Source: an uncultured delta proteobacterium (GTDB lineage: Bacteria > Desulfobacterota > Binatia > UBA9968). From it: 64,000 bases of DNA. Made by a program: the position numbers and the translations under genes. The notes below the pieces were generated by a model. That model worked only from the letters and a program-made list of their open reading frames with translations. It was not told the DNA's origin and did no database searches. The stretch covers positions 31,481 through 95,480 of the forward strand of contig CAWJBB010000072.1 in assembly GCA_963840855.1 (NCBI GenBank), in the 5' to 3' direction. Shown here piece by piece: positions 8,409 to 18,409 of the stretch (the stretch's first letter is position 1; the number at the start of each line of letters is the position of its first letter).

Positions 8409-9848
8409 CTAGGCCTTTGGCAGCCGGTCAAGGACCGAGCGTTGAATGAAATCCTCAAGCCGCGTTTTCTCCATCGCCGCTTTCGGGACCGCGACGCGGG
8501 CTTCGTATGGACGCTGCACCGGCTTGGTGGCGTCGATGATCATCTTGGCGGTCATGATGTTGTCGGTCTGCGACGGATCGAGAGTGTTGCCTTTGACATT
8601 TTTAATGATGTCCACGTCCTGGTCCGCTTGCACGCGGGTAGCCACCGCCCACATCACTTCCTCTTCGTTATAAATGTCGATATCGGCATCGACGACCACG
8701 ACATGCTTGACGAAATCGCATCCGCCGAGCGCCGCCAGCGCCGCCTGCTTGGTTTCGCCGTCGACCTTTTTGTCGATGGAGATATAGCAGTTGAAACGGC
8801 AACTGCCGGACATCGGGAAGTGCACGGCTTTGACCGTCGGTACGACGCCGCGTATCAGATTAAAGAGGCTCCCTTCTTTGGGAATCCCGCCGAGCACCCA
8901 GGTGTCTCGATGGCCGGTAAAGATATGCTGAAAGATCGCGTCGCTGCGATGCGTGATAGCGCTTACTTCGATGACGTTTCGGAGCCGCTGCGGGCCGTAG
9001 TAACCGGTGAATTCGCCGAAGGGTCCTTCCACCTCCTTCACGTTGGGAAGCACATGGCCTTCGATCACCATTTCGGCATCGGCCGGCACCATGAAGTCTT
9101 CTCCCAAAGTTTCCGATGGAGTGAGGCGAAGCGCCTCGCCCATAATGGCGCCGACCTTGGCGTAATCATCCACACCGAATGGAGAGACATTCAGCGATCC
9201 CAAATAAAATGCCGGATGATGGCTAATGACGATGACTACAGGCGTCGGCCGGTTTTTCTCTTCGTTCTTGCGGTGGATTTGCCAGTTGTGCCTCGGCGAC
9301 ATGTGCAGACCAAGTTTCCTCGGACCTTTCACCATGTTGCGCTGAAAGGCAATATTGTAAAAGCCTCCATCCGGATCTTTCATTACCGGAGTCATGTCTA
9401 TATATGGTGCCGGATCCATCGCATGATGGCGAACGACGGGCAGATCGTAAACAGTTGCCTCGTCGCCGCGCTTGATGACCTGTTTGACCGGCGCCTCGCT
9501 CCTAGGAATCCTTACCGGAGCAAGCAACATATCTTCTCGCCGCGCATACTCCAGGCTCAGCGGGAGGTCACCTTCGTTGGGCTTCATGCCGAGAGACAGC
9601 GCGCAGCGCTGGCGCGTTGCGAAAACATTGCTCAGCAGCGGGAAAGCGGATGGCTTGCCATTGAGATCGAGGGGCTTTTCAAATAATAGGACAGGAAAGT
9701 TTTTCTGATTCTCGAGGTGTTGCAACAGAGCCGTTACCTCGAACTGATGGGGAGCGACAGTTCGCTCGATGCGAACAAAATCGTAAGGTAACCGTTCTTG
9801 CAGATCGTCGAGGAAGGCTCTCAGGTCCATGTGCATCGTTTCACCCAC
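8409..9848 (-). CDS. UbiD-family prFMN-dependent (de)carboxylase (second copy)
   Basis: EGPFGEFTGYY, VPADAEMVIEG, VVVVDADIDIY...WAVATR...LDPS...IIDATKP. Real start may be ATG 9836 or 9830. Confidence 0.95.
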   Translation of the reverse strand: MGETMHMDLRAFLDDLQERLPYDFVRIERTVAPHQFEVTALLQHLENQKNFPVLLFEKPLDLNGKPSAFPLLSNVFATRQRCALSLGMKPNEGDLPLSLEYARREDMLLAPVRIPRSEAPVKQVIKRGDEATVYDLPVVRHHAMDPAPYIDMTPVMKDPDGGFYNIAFQRNMVKGPRKLGLHMSPRHNWQIHRKNEEKNRPTPVVIVISHHPAFYLGSLNVSPFGVDDYAKVGAIMGEALRLTPSETLGEDFMVPADAEMVIEGHVLPNVKEVEGPFGEFTGYYGPQRLRNVIEVSAITHRSDAIFQHIFTGHRDTWVLGGIPKEGSLFNLIRGVVPTVKAVHFPMSGSCRFNCYISIDKKVDGETKQAALAALGGCDFVKHVVVVDADIDIYNEEEVMWAVATRVQADQDVDIIKNVKGNTLDPSQTDNIMTAKMIIDATKPVQRPYEARVAVPKAAMEKTRLEDFIQRSVLDRLPKA

Positions 9849-9891
9849 TCAGAACTTTGTGAGTAACGCCCCACAAAGCTCACTCCAGGAT

Positions 9892-9966
9892 CGTCATGCC
9901 CGCGCAGGCGGGCATCCAGAAACTGCACAGAAACAACCTGGATTCCCGCTTTTCGCGGGAATGACG
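9892..9966. repeat. Palindromic REP-like doublet (CGTCAT[TG]CCCGCG...GCGGG[AC]ATCCAG family, dRS3-like)
   Basis: cgtcatgcccgcgcaggcgggcatccag ... ctggattcccgcttttcgcgggaatgacg. Further copies at 19313, 28196 and 39151-39328. Confidence 0.85.
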
Positions 9967-10069
9967 TCGGCGGCCTGCGCCCGAACAGTTTATCCGGAAG
10001 GGAATTTCGCTCTCCCGGTTCGGACAACGATTGTCAAGACCAGAAAAATGGTAGCAATAAATTCTCATA

Positions 10070-11068
10070 CTATGCCGACGAATCTATTCCCGCCACCTGC
10101 GCCAAAGCCCTCTGTGTATACACTTTCGCCATCCGCTTACGATACCAATAATCCATATCGGCGTTGTCCAGCGGATGAGAAATTTTTGCTGCGGCATCGG
10201 CAACAGCATTGATCAAATCAAGCGTGACTTTTTTGCCTTGCAGCAATGTCATCGCTTCGGCCACGACCTTGGGTGCCGAGGCAACGGCGGTTAGCACAAC
10301 GGTCGTGTGCCGGCACTCGCCCTGTTCATCGACGTCCATGGTCGCAGCCACTCCCAGAATCGGAAAGTCAAACGACCCGCGTCGGCGCAGTTTCAAATAG
10401 ACATTGCGCCGTCCCAACGCCGCCTTGGGAATGATCAATCCTTTCAGCACTTCATCGTTACCCTTAGTTGAATAATCAATTCCGTCGTCGCGATACAAAT
10501 CTTCGAGCTTCAAACGCCGCTCGCCTTGTCTGCTTACCAGAATGGCTTCGGCGCCCAAGCTCACGAGCACCGGCGAGGTGTCCGACGACGCGATCGCCAG
10601 GCACTTCGCGCTGCCGGGAGCAACCAGACAGATGTCGCCGTCTTTTTTCATACAAAACCCCACCGCCTGGCGCCAGAAATGCGTTTGGTCGTAGTAGTTG
10701 CAGCGGGTATCGACGAGAACGTTGCCGCCGATGGTTCCCATGTTCCTGAGCTGCGGGGTCGAGACCGATTCCGCGGCGTGCGCGAGCGCCGGAAAATGTT
10801 TTGCAATCAGACGATGATTTGAAACCGCAGTCAGACTTTCGCCGGCGCCGATCCACAGTCCCTCCTTGCTCTGGCGAATTTCCTTCAGCTCGCGCAGCGC
10901 TCTTAGTGAAATTAGATGGCGCGGCGTAAATTGCCCGCGCTTCATTTTCGGATACACGTCCGTGCCGCCGGCCACGGGCATCGCATCGGAGCCTAGATCG
11001 GCTAATGCCTTCGTTGCCTGTTTCAGCGAGCGCGGTTGGTAGTAATTGAATTCAGGTAGTCGAAGCAT
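10070..11068 (-). CDS. hcrB: 4-hydroxybenzoyl-CoA reductase beta subunit-like (FAD plus [4Fe-4S] insert)
   Basis: XDH-family FAD motifs (AGGTD, RNMGTIGGN) plus the Cys-rich insert DTRCNYYDQTHFWR...C..KDG..C.......C typical of HcrB/HbaD; KLRRRGSFDFP. Confidence 0.85.
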   Translation of the reverse strand: MLRLPEFNYYQPRSLKQATKALADLGSDAMPVAGGTDVYPKMKRGQFTPRHLISLRALRELKEIRQSKEGLWIGAGESLTAVSNHRLIAKHFPALAHAAESVSTPQLRNMGTIGGNVLVDTRCNYYDQTHFWRQAVGFCMKKDGDICLVAPGSAKCLAIASSDTSPVLVSLGAEAILVSRQGERRLKLEDLYRDDGIDYSTKGNDEVLKGLIIPKAALGRRNVYLKLRRRGSFDFPILGVAATMDVDEQGECRHTTVVLTAVASAPKVVAEAMTLLQGKKVTLDLINAVADAAAKISHPLDNADMDYWYRKRMAKVYTQRALAQVAGIDSSA

Positions 11069-11153
11069 TTTCCTCTACCTCAGACGAACAATCCGTATAT
11101 CTCAAGAAATTGATGTCGTTTAAAGTGGCTTACTATATCTCCGAGTAGAGTTT

Positions 11154-11559
11154 CTTCCCCCTTGACGGGGGAAGATTAAGATGGGGGTGCCTCACTCAGA
11201 CCGACTGCTTGTCCTATAACCTGCTTAATCACCTCAATATCTCTTAGAACTTCATGATCCCAGAACCGCAAAACAGAAAATCCTTGCGCTTCGAGCCATC
11301 TGCTGCGTCGAGCATCGTACGCAGAGTGTTCGCTATGCTGCCCACCATCTACTTCCACAACCAAGCGTTTCTCTAAACATGCAAAATCTGCAATGTACGG
11401 TCCAAGAGGTTGCTGTCTCCGAAACTTATATCCACCAATCTGACGCAATCGAAGATGCTGCCATAAGACGCGCTCTGCGTCTGTCGGTTTTTTCTCAGCG
11501 CTCTGGCGTTGTTCTTATTCATCCCCCCTATCCTAACCTTCCCCCGCGAGGGGGGAAGG
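11154..11559. repeat. Inverted palindromic repeats bracketing the DUF559 gene
   Basis: cttcccccttgacgggggaagattaagatgggggtg (11154-11189) and catcccccctatcctaaccttcccccgcgaggggggaagg (11520-11559) are reverse-complement related, each with an internal hairpin. Confidence 0.8.
11176..11522 (-). CDS. DUF559 / Vsr-like endonuclease (frameshift in a homopolymer near 11490)
   Basis: MNKNNARALRK..TDAERVLWQHLR..QIGGYKFRRQQPLGPYIADF...VVEVDGGQH...DARR...GFSVLRFWD. Confidence 0.88.
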
Positions 11560-11609
11560 TATTAAGCCCACAACAACTGTTGTCTCAGTGAGCACTCTCG
11601 CATCGAAGC

Positions 11610-13985
11610 TCAACTCTTCTGCTTCACTTCGATACCTTCGCCCGGCTGCCATTTAATCGGCGCGGGAAATTTAAATTCAGGAATGGACACTGGCTTCAAG
11701 CGGCCTTCGAGCGCTCGCAGAATTTTATCCGGCGTGATCGGAATTTCGTGGATGCGCACGCCGATGGCGTCATAGACGGCGTTGGCCACCGCGGGAACCA
11801 CCGGCAGTAGCGGTCCCTGGCCGGCTTCTTTGGCGCCGTAGGGTCCTTCGGGATCGTTGGTCTCGACCAGAATAGTCTCGATCTCCGGTGTCTCCAAAGT
11901 CGTCGGGCTTTTGTACTCCAAGATGGACGGGATCTTATGCAAGCCGTTTTTGCGGAAGATCTGCTCCTCCATTAAAGCCTCGCCGAGAGCCATATAAACA
12001 CTGCCTTCGGTTTGACCTTCGACGAGCAGCGGATTGAAGGCGCGCCCGCAATCGTGCGCGATCCAGACTTTGTCGATTTTAATTTCGCCCGTGACGCTGT
12101 CGCAATGAAGCTCGACAATGGAAGTCGTAAAACTATAGGCCGGCGTGGGACCGACGCCCGAGCCCTTGAAGTCGCGCGGGTTCTTGGGCGGCCAGTAGCT
12201 GCCGGTGGCGCCCAGAGTACCGTGTTTCCCCTCGGCTTTGCGTACCGCATCCGCGAAGCTAATGCCGCGTTCGGGAAAGCTAGCGCTGCGAATGTTCCCT
12301 GCAGCGAACTCTAGATCGTCCGGCGGCACTTCCAGCGCTCGGCTCGCAGCTTCGAGCAGCATGGGTTTGAGCTTGCCGCAAGCCTGCACCGCAGCGTTGC
12401 CGGTCATCACGGTGACGCGACTGGAGTAACTGCCGAGATCCACCGGCGTCAAATCCGTATCCGCGGTTAATACTCTGATGTCGGCCGGTTCGATGCCGAA
12501 CTCCTCGGCAACGGTGTAGGCCAGGATCGAATCCGATCCTTGACCGATATCGATGGAACCGCAGAACACGGTGACACCGCCGCTGCGGTCGAGCTTTATC
12601 TGCACGCCGGAGTGCGGCATGTCGTTCCAGTAGATCGGCAGTCCCGCGCCGCTGATATAAGAGCTCGCGGCGAAGCCTACGCCGTGGCCAAAGGGAAGCT
12701 TGCGGAATTTATTCTTCCACTCGGCGCGCTCGGCGACGCGCGCCGTGCATTCGCGCAGGCCGGTAGTGCTGACGCGCAAGCCGTTCACCGTAATGCTATT
12801 GGGCTCTACCAGTTGCTTCAGGCGCAGATCGATGGGATCAATGCCGAGCTTTTCGGCGATTTCATCGAGTTGAATCTCCTGAGCAAAGCGCGGCTGCGGC
12901 GTACCGTGGCCGCGCTTCGGCCCGCACGCAGGCTTGTTCGTAAAGACGCGCACCCCTTCGAACTTATAAGCCGGCACTTTATAAGTCACCGTCTGCAGCG
13001 CGCCTGTGTAGTAGACCGAAGCCAAGCCGTAGCTGCTGTAGCCGCCGCCATCGAGATAAGTTTTAAACTGCATCGCTTGGATCGTGCCGTCGCTCTTTAC
13101 CGCGGTTTTGGCAAACATCTTGACCGGATGTCTGCCGCGATGGACATAAAATGATTCCTCGCGCGTGAGCGTGATCTTGACCGGTCTTCTGGTGATCATC
13201 GAGAGTTTGGCGGCGCAGATTTCGTGGGAAAACGGATCGCTCTTGCCGCCGAACCCGCCGCCCACCGGAGTGGCGACGACGCGGATGCGGCTCGCGGGCA
13301 AACCCAACACCTTGGCCAACGTCCGATGGACATAATGCGGCGTCTGGGTCGAAGACCACAACGTGAGCTTATCGTCCGGACCGTAGAACGCCACCGCGGC
13401 GTATTGCTCCATCGGCAGATGGGTATTGCCCTGGTAGAAAAATGTGCCCTCGAAAATATGATCCGAGTTTGCGAACCCGCCGTCGACATCGCCGAATTCG
13501 AACGAGACTGCTTTTTGAATATTTGCGTGGCGGTTCCAGGTATGAATTCTTTGGCTCTCATCGGTTGACGCAAGCGCTTCTTCGATGGAGAGAATCGGTT
13601 TCAGCACCTCGTACTCCACATCGATATAGCTCAGCGCTTTTTCCGCCAGGCTCTCGCTCGCGGCGGCCACCGCGGCGACGGGATCGCCGGCGTAGCGCGC
13701 CTTTTCGGTGATCAGCGCCTCTTCATCTTCGGTTGAAGGCATGATGCCAAATTTTTGCGGCAGATCTCCTCCGGTGATCACCGCGAAGACGCCGTCGAGC
13801 TTGAGAGCCCGCGCGGCATTGATACTGAGCAGGCGCGCGTGAGGATGGGGACTGTGCAAGAGTTTGGCGTAAATCGTGCGCGGCAGATTGAGATCATCCG
13901 CAAAAACCGTCTCGCCGGCACATTTTGCCATGGCGTCGATTTTGCGGAGCGGCTTGCCGATTACGGAGAGTTTCTTCTTTGTCAT
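11610..13985 (-). CDS. hcrA: 4-hydroxybenzoyl-CoA reductase alpha subunit-like molybdopterin subunit (XDH family)
   Basis: GGGFGGK, RGHG, IDIGQGS, DLGSYSSRVT and GPYGAKEAGQG motifs; hcrC-hcrA-hcrB gene order. Confidence 0.82.
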   Translation of the reverse strand: MTKKKLSVIGKPLRKIDAMAKCAGETVFADDLNLPRTIYAKLLHSPHPHARLLSINAARALKLDGVFAVITGGDLPQKFGIMPSTEDEEALITEKARYAGDPVAAVAAASESLAEKALSYIDVEYEVLKPILSIEEALASTDESQRIHTWNRHANIQKAVSFEFGDVDGGFANSDHIFEGTFFYQGNTHLPMEQYAAVAFYGPDDKLTLWSSTQTPHYVHRTLAKVLGLPASRIRVVATPVGGGFGGKSDPFSHEICAAKLSMITRRPVKITLTREESFYVHRGRHPVKMFAKTAVKSDGTIQAMQFKTYLDGGGYSSYGLASVYYTGALQTVTYKVPAYKFEGVRVFTNKPACGPKRGHGTPQPRFAQEIQLDEIAEKLGIDPIDLRLKQLVEPNSITVNGLRVSTTGLRECTARVAERAEWKNKFRKLPFGHGVGFAASSYISGAGLPIYWNDMPHSGVQIKLDRSGGVTVFCGSIDIGQGSDSILAYTVAEEFGIEPADIRVLTADTDLTPVDLGSYSSRVTVMTGNAAVQACGKLKPMLLEAASRALEVPPDDLEFAAGNIRSASFPERGISFADAVRKAEGKHGTLGATGSYWPPKNPRDFKGSGVGPTPAYSFTTSIVELHCDSVTGEIKIDKVWIAHDCGRAFNPLLVEGQTEGSVYMALGEALMEEQIFRKNGLHKIPSILEYKSPTTLETPEIETILVETNDPEGPYGAKEAGQGPLLPVVPAVANAVYDAIGVRIHEIPITPDKILRALEGRLKPVSIPEFKFPAPIKWQPGEGIEVKQKS

Positions 13986-14004
13986 CCAATCACTCTTGTC
14001 CAAA

Positions 14005-14093
14005 ATCTCCCCTGACCCTCTTTTTCAAAGAGGGGAAATTTCTCTTGCTGTGCAGTTTCGCCTTTTGACAAAGGGGGGACTAAGGGGGATTTT
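14005..14093. repeat. Palindromic repeat doublet (CCCTCTTT...AAAGAGGG family)
   Basis: tcccctgaccctctttttcaaagagggg ... ccttttgacaaaggggggactaagggggattt. Related copy at 16188-16270. Confidence 0.7.
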
Positions 14094-14127
14094 CTAATCG
14101 CACTGGTAGTTAATCTGGTTAACGATG

Positions 14128-14637
14128 TCATGCCGCGATTTCCTTCGCGGCGAGCTCGACCGCTTGCAAGATTTTTGTGTACCCCGTGCAGCGGCAAAGA
14201 TTTCCCGACAGGGCTTGCCGGATTTGGTCACGGCTCGGGTTCGGGTTCTCGTCCAACAGCGCCTGTGCCGTCAGTAGAATTCCGGGGATGCAATAACCGC
14301 ATTGCGCTGCGCCGAGATCGGCAAAGGCTTTTTGCAGCGGATGGGGTTTGCCGTTTTGCATCATTCCTTCGACGGTGACGATCTCGGCATTCACCGCTTC
14401 GATGCCGAGCATCAGACACGACAAGACCGGCTTGCCATCGACGAGGACGGAGCAGGTGCCGCATTCCCCAAGCTCGCATCCATGTTTTGTCCCGGTAAGA
14501 GCCATATCTTCACGCAAGACCTCCAGTAAGGTCTTGTTGATTTCGGTGGCCACCTCGTGGGTCTCGCCGTTGACTCGAAGCCGTAAGAGCACTTTGGCCA
14601 ACTCGCCGTCGGCTTCTTTTTTTCTGCTCTTCCTCAT
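14128..14637 (-). CDS. hcrC: (2Fe-2S)-binding small subunit, HcrC/CoxS-like
   Basis: GTKHGCELGECGTC...LSCL and AQCGYCIPG...GNLCRCTGY. Confidence 0.85.
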   Translation of the reverse strand: MRKSRKKEADGELAKVLLRLRVNGETHEVATEINKTLLEVLREDMALTGTKHGCELGECGTCSVLVDGKPVLSCLMLGIEAVNAEIVTVEGMMQNGKPHPLQKAFADLGAAQCGYCIPGILLTAQALLDENPNPSRDQIRQALSGNLCRCTGYTKILQAVELAAKEIAA

Positions 14638-14754
14638 ACTCGTCCTAGCAAATTGCTAAACAATAATATTTGCAGGCTGCTGGAGCGAGGCGATTGAGCG
14701 CACCCTTCGACAAAGCTCAGGGCAATCGGCATATGAGTCTTTTTCAGCAGCCTG

Positions 14755-16030
14755 CTATAGCTTGAAGAACCTTTTCGCCTTCAACTCGAATCGGGGCAAG
14801 CTTCCGGGCGCAACCAACTCGACCTCGGGACGAAGGCCGATGCGCTCGCGCACGAGACTGGAAACTCTCTCTTGCAACCCCACGGCTGAACTTTGACTGG
14901 AACTTGGCTCGATTATGAGCTTGAGCGCGCGCATGGCTTGCCGCTCGCAAGTTTCGACGCGAAATTCTTCGACCTCAGGAAATTCTCTCATAACATTCTC
15001 GATGGCACTCGGAAAAACATTCACGCCGCGGATCACGACCATATCATCCGCCCGGCCAAGCACTCCGCCTTCCAGCATGGTAAATGGCCGGCCGCAGGGG
15101 CAGGGTTGGGCTCGCAACTGTACCAGATCTCCAGTTTTGTAGCGAATCACGGGACTGCCGATCCGGCCGAGGTTCGTGATCACCAACTCGCCTTTTTCTC
15201 CTGTTCTCGTCGCTTCGCCGGAATTCGGATCGATGACTTCAGCGATGAATTCATTTTCGTTGACGTGGATGGCGCCGGGTTGGGTTTGACACTCAAATCC
15301 GAAAGCTCCCACTTCGGTGGCGCCCGCATGATCATAACATTTCGCGCCCCAGGATTCTTCGATCAATTTTTTTGTGCTTGGAATGCTCGCGCCGGGCTCA
15401 CCAGCGTGGATGGTGATCCTTATGGCGGAATCTTTGGCGAGATCCATTCCGGCTTTTCTCGCTTCAGACGCCATATGGAGCGCGTACGTCGGGGTGCAAA
15501 CAAGCACGGTGGCGCCGTAATCGGCAATCGATTTCAGCCGCTGCGCCGTGGATTGCGCGCCGCCGGAAATCGCCAGTGCGCCGACCTTTCGCGCTCCCTC
15601 CCAACCGGCCCAAAAACCGATAAATGGCCCGAACGAGAACGCAAAAAAAACGCGGTCCCCAGGGCCGACACCGGCCGCTTCAAAAATAACCTTCCAGCAG
15701 TCGGCCCACCAATTCCACGACTCCTCGGTATCGAGCCAGTACATGGGTTTTCCGGTGGTGCCCGAGGTCTGATGGATGCGGACGTATTTTTCCAGGGGAA
15801 AGGTCAGGTCGGTCCCATAGGGAGGATATCGAAACTGATCTTCGATCAGCTCGCCCTTCGTAGTGAAAGGCAGTTGCGCCAGCTCGTCCAGCGATCCGGC
15901 ATCCGTGAGGCCCTTCTGCAAAAGTTTTTTGCGGTAAAATTCGTTCGCCTGCAGGACCGCCTGAAGCATCCGTCGCAATCGTTTAGACTGCTCCCCCTCG
16001 ATCTCTTCGCGGTTTCTTGTAGGTCCCATT
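14755..16030 (-). CDS. Phenylacetate-CoA ligase (PaaK) family protein
   Basis: LPFTTK, IHQTSGTTGKP, HAGEPG, DHAGATEVG, IRYKTGD, GRADDMVVIRGVNVFPS, KAKRF. Confidence 0.9.
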
Positions 16031-16187
16031 AAGCCCTTCGTCCTGCCGTTGGCCACAATCAATCGTCAAGCGCTCATCGGAATCTATTCTCCATAGGAAA
16101 GAACTGCAAGACGAGCCTTTGCATACGCGGGGCAACGTCAAAGTCATTTGCACTTTGCTGGATTGAATTCACAACTCACGCTTGTCA

Positions 16188-16270
16188 AAAAATCCCCCTG
16201 CCCCCCCTTTTTTTTTCAAAAGGGTGGAATAGAAAGTCTCCCTTTGTAAAGGGAGATTTAGAGGGATTTT
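16188..16270. repeat. Palindromic repeat doublet, same family as 14005
   Basis: aaaatccccctgccccccc...aaaaggg ... ctccctttgtaaagggagatttagagggatttt. Confidence 0.65.
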
Positions 16271-16400
16271 CATCTGCTCAACACGACTTTGACAAGACCC
16301 TGGTTGCGTACGGGTCGCGGCCGCAAACATGCTGTTGAGCCTTGTCCCAGTCGATCGCCATGTTATAATCCGCGCCTCTTTAGCGGCAGCCGGCAAGCCC

Positions 16401-17198
16401 ATGACGGACTCAACGAAGATCGAAATTCGCGATGTCGAGCATGTATACAAGAGCGATTTCTCAACCGTCACGGCATTAGCGAGCGTGAGCCTCACGGTCG
16501 CCGATGGCGAGTTTGTCGCGCTTTTGGGACCGAGCGGCTGCGGCAAGTCTTCGCTTCTGCGCATCGTCGCAGAGCTCTTGCGCCCCACGGCAGGGTCCGT
16601 ACAAATTTATTCCACAAGCGATAAAGGCAATGGCCGGCCAAAGACGGCGCTGGTGTTTCAGGAATACGCGCTTTTTCCGTGGCGCACCGTGCTCGACAAC
16701 GTTGTCTTCTCTCTGGAAATGCGCGGCATACTCAAAGCCGAACGCCTGGATCGAGCGCGGAACGTGCTTGCCCGGGTCGGACTGCAATCCTTCGCCGGAG
16801 CTTACCCGCACCAGCTTTCCGGCGGCATGCGCCAGCGGGTGGGAATCGCCCGCGCCCTGGCGGCGGAGCCCGAGGTCCTGTTGATGGATGAGCCGTTCGG
16901 CGCGCTGGACGCGCAGACGCGCACGATTCTGCAAGAGGAACTGCTGCGGGTATGGGAAAGCGAACGCAAAACCGTTCTGTACGTTACGCACAGCATCGAC
17001 GAGGCCGTCTATATGTCCGACCGAGTCGTGCTGCTCAGCGCCAGGCCGGGGCGCATCAAATCTGAGTACACTGTCGAGCTGCCGCGTCCGCGCAACATGG
17101 AAATGCGCGGCTGGAGCTCTTACACGAAGCTTTCGTTGGATATCTGGACTTCGCTCAAAGACGAAGTAGATATGGCGATGGTTTCGGAAAAACCATGA
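16401..17198 (+). CDS. ABC transporter ATP-binding protein (NitT/TauT family)
   Basis: [35 protein letters not shown]. Confidence 0.95.
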   Translation: MTDSTKIEIRDVEHVYKSDFSTVTALASVSLTVADGEFVALLGPSGCGKSSLLRIVAELLRPTAGSVQIYSTSDKGNGRPKTALVFQEYALFPWRTVLDNVVFSLEMRGILKAERLDRARNVLARVGLQSFAGAYPHQLSGGMRQRVGIARALAAEPEVLLMDEPFGALDAQTRTILQEELLRVWESERKTVLYVTHSIDEAVYMSDRVVLLSARPGRIKSEYTVELPRPRNMEMRGWSSYTKLSLDIWTSLKDEVDMAMVSEKP

Positions 17199-17199
17199 C

Positions 17200-17580
17200 T
17201 CGCGCAAAGCATGGTCTGAGCAAGGTCGCAGGGACGCAAAGGTGACGGGCTGAGGGCCCGTCATCCCGAGCGAATGCGAGGGATCTGAAAGATTTCTCCC
17301 TTCGGTCGAAATGACAACAATTCTAAACTTTGCGCCTTGGCGACTTGGCGGAATAAAATCCGAATCGGAAAAGAAATCTATCGCGCAAAGACGCAAAAGC
17401 GCCAAGGTGACGGACAGAAGCCCGTCATCCCGAGCGAATGCGAGGGATCTAAGAAAGATTTCTCCCGTTGGTCGAAATGACAACAATTCCAAACTTTGCG
17501 CCTTGGCGTCTTGGCGGGAGTAAAATCCGAATCCGGAAAGAATATTTTCCCGCAAAGGCGCAAAGTACGCCAAGTTCGGA
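17200..17580. repeat. Tandem ~165-bp composite repeat units containing the GTCATCCCGAGCGAATGCGAGGGATC...GGTCGAAATGAC palindrome
   Basis: Near-identical cores at 17260-17315 and 17424-17481, each flanked by CGCAAAG/CTTTGCG arms. Third core at 27435-27492. Confidence 0.9.
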
Positions 17581-17617
17581 GAGTTCGTTAATGGCCTTCG
17601 GAGGATAAACGCCCAAC

Positions 17618-18409
17618 ATGACTTCTTCCCGCCTTTTATCTCGAGAGGTCGCGATTCCGCTGGCGACTTTGCTGGTCATGTTCGCCGCTTGGGAAACCCT
17701 GGTCCACATCGGCATGCTGCGCGCCGCCTTCTTTCCAGCGCCGACGAACATCGCCCGCAGTCTTTTGAGCTTGGCTCTTGGCGGCGAGTTGTGGCTCCAT
17801 GTAGCGACGACGTTGGGACGATTGTTCGCGTCCTTCCTCTTGGCAGTGATACCAGGCACGGCGCTCGGGCTCGCGATGGGCTGGTGGATCGAGATGCGCA
17901 TGGCAGCCGATCCCCTCGTTCGGCTTTTGTTTCCCATCCCAAGCATCGCTTTTTTTCCCTTGGTCATTTTCTATCTCGGTCTCAGCGAATGGGGATTGCT
18001 TTTGACGGCGGCGATCACGCCGTTTCTCTTGATCGTGGTGCAGGCTGCCGCCGCAGTTGAAGGGCTGGAGCGAACGCTTCTGGAGGCTGGCCGGAATTAT
18101 GGCGCCACCGGCCGGCGGCTGTTCATGCGGGTGATACTCCCCGCGGCGCTGCCGCATCTCTTTATCGGTTACCGCCTCGCCCTGGGAGTCGGATTCATCG
18201 TCACTGTGGCCGTTGAAATGGTCGCCGCCAAACATGGTCTGGGCGGTTTCCTCTGGCACTCGTGGCAGATCCTGCGCATCGAGGAAATGTACGTCGGGCT
18301 CGTCCTGATTGGGCTGCTCGGAACCTTGGTGACTTACGGACTGGAAGCGCTCGCGGGTCGCTTGATGCCGTGGCAAGCAGATCTGTTGCGATTGAAGGGA
18401 CAGCGATAA
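17618..18409 (+). CDS. ABC transporter permease (NitT/TauT)
   Basis: Hydrophobic; PIPSIAFFPL; EAGRNYGA (EAA loop); VAVEM...GLG. Confidence 0.93.
   Translation: MTSSRLLSREVAIPLATLLVMFAAWETLVHIGMLRAAFFPAPTNIARSLLSLALGGELWLHVATTLGRLFASFLLAVIPGTALGLAMGWWIEMRMAADPLVRLLFPIPSIAFFPLVIFYLGLSEWGLLLTAAITPFLLIVVQAAAAVEGLERTLLEAGRNYGATGRRLFMRVILPAALPHLFIGYRLALGVGFIVTVAVEMVAAKHGLGGFLWHSWQILRIEEMYVGLVLIGLLGTLVTYGLEALAGRLMPWQADLLRLKGQR

Noticed and set aside
8442-9686. 414-aa plus-strand ORF (also 14893-16032, 35809-36930, 43017-44024)
   Set aside because: Antisense shadows of well-supported genes with no recognisable motifs.
17200-17580. Possible CRISPR array
   Set aside because: Only two ~57-bp cores, the intervening sequences are themselves repeats, and there are no cas genes.
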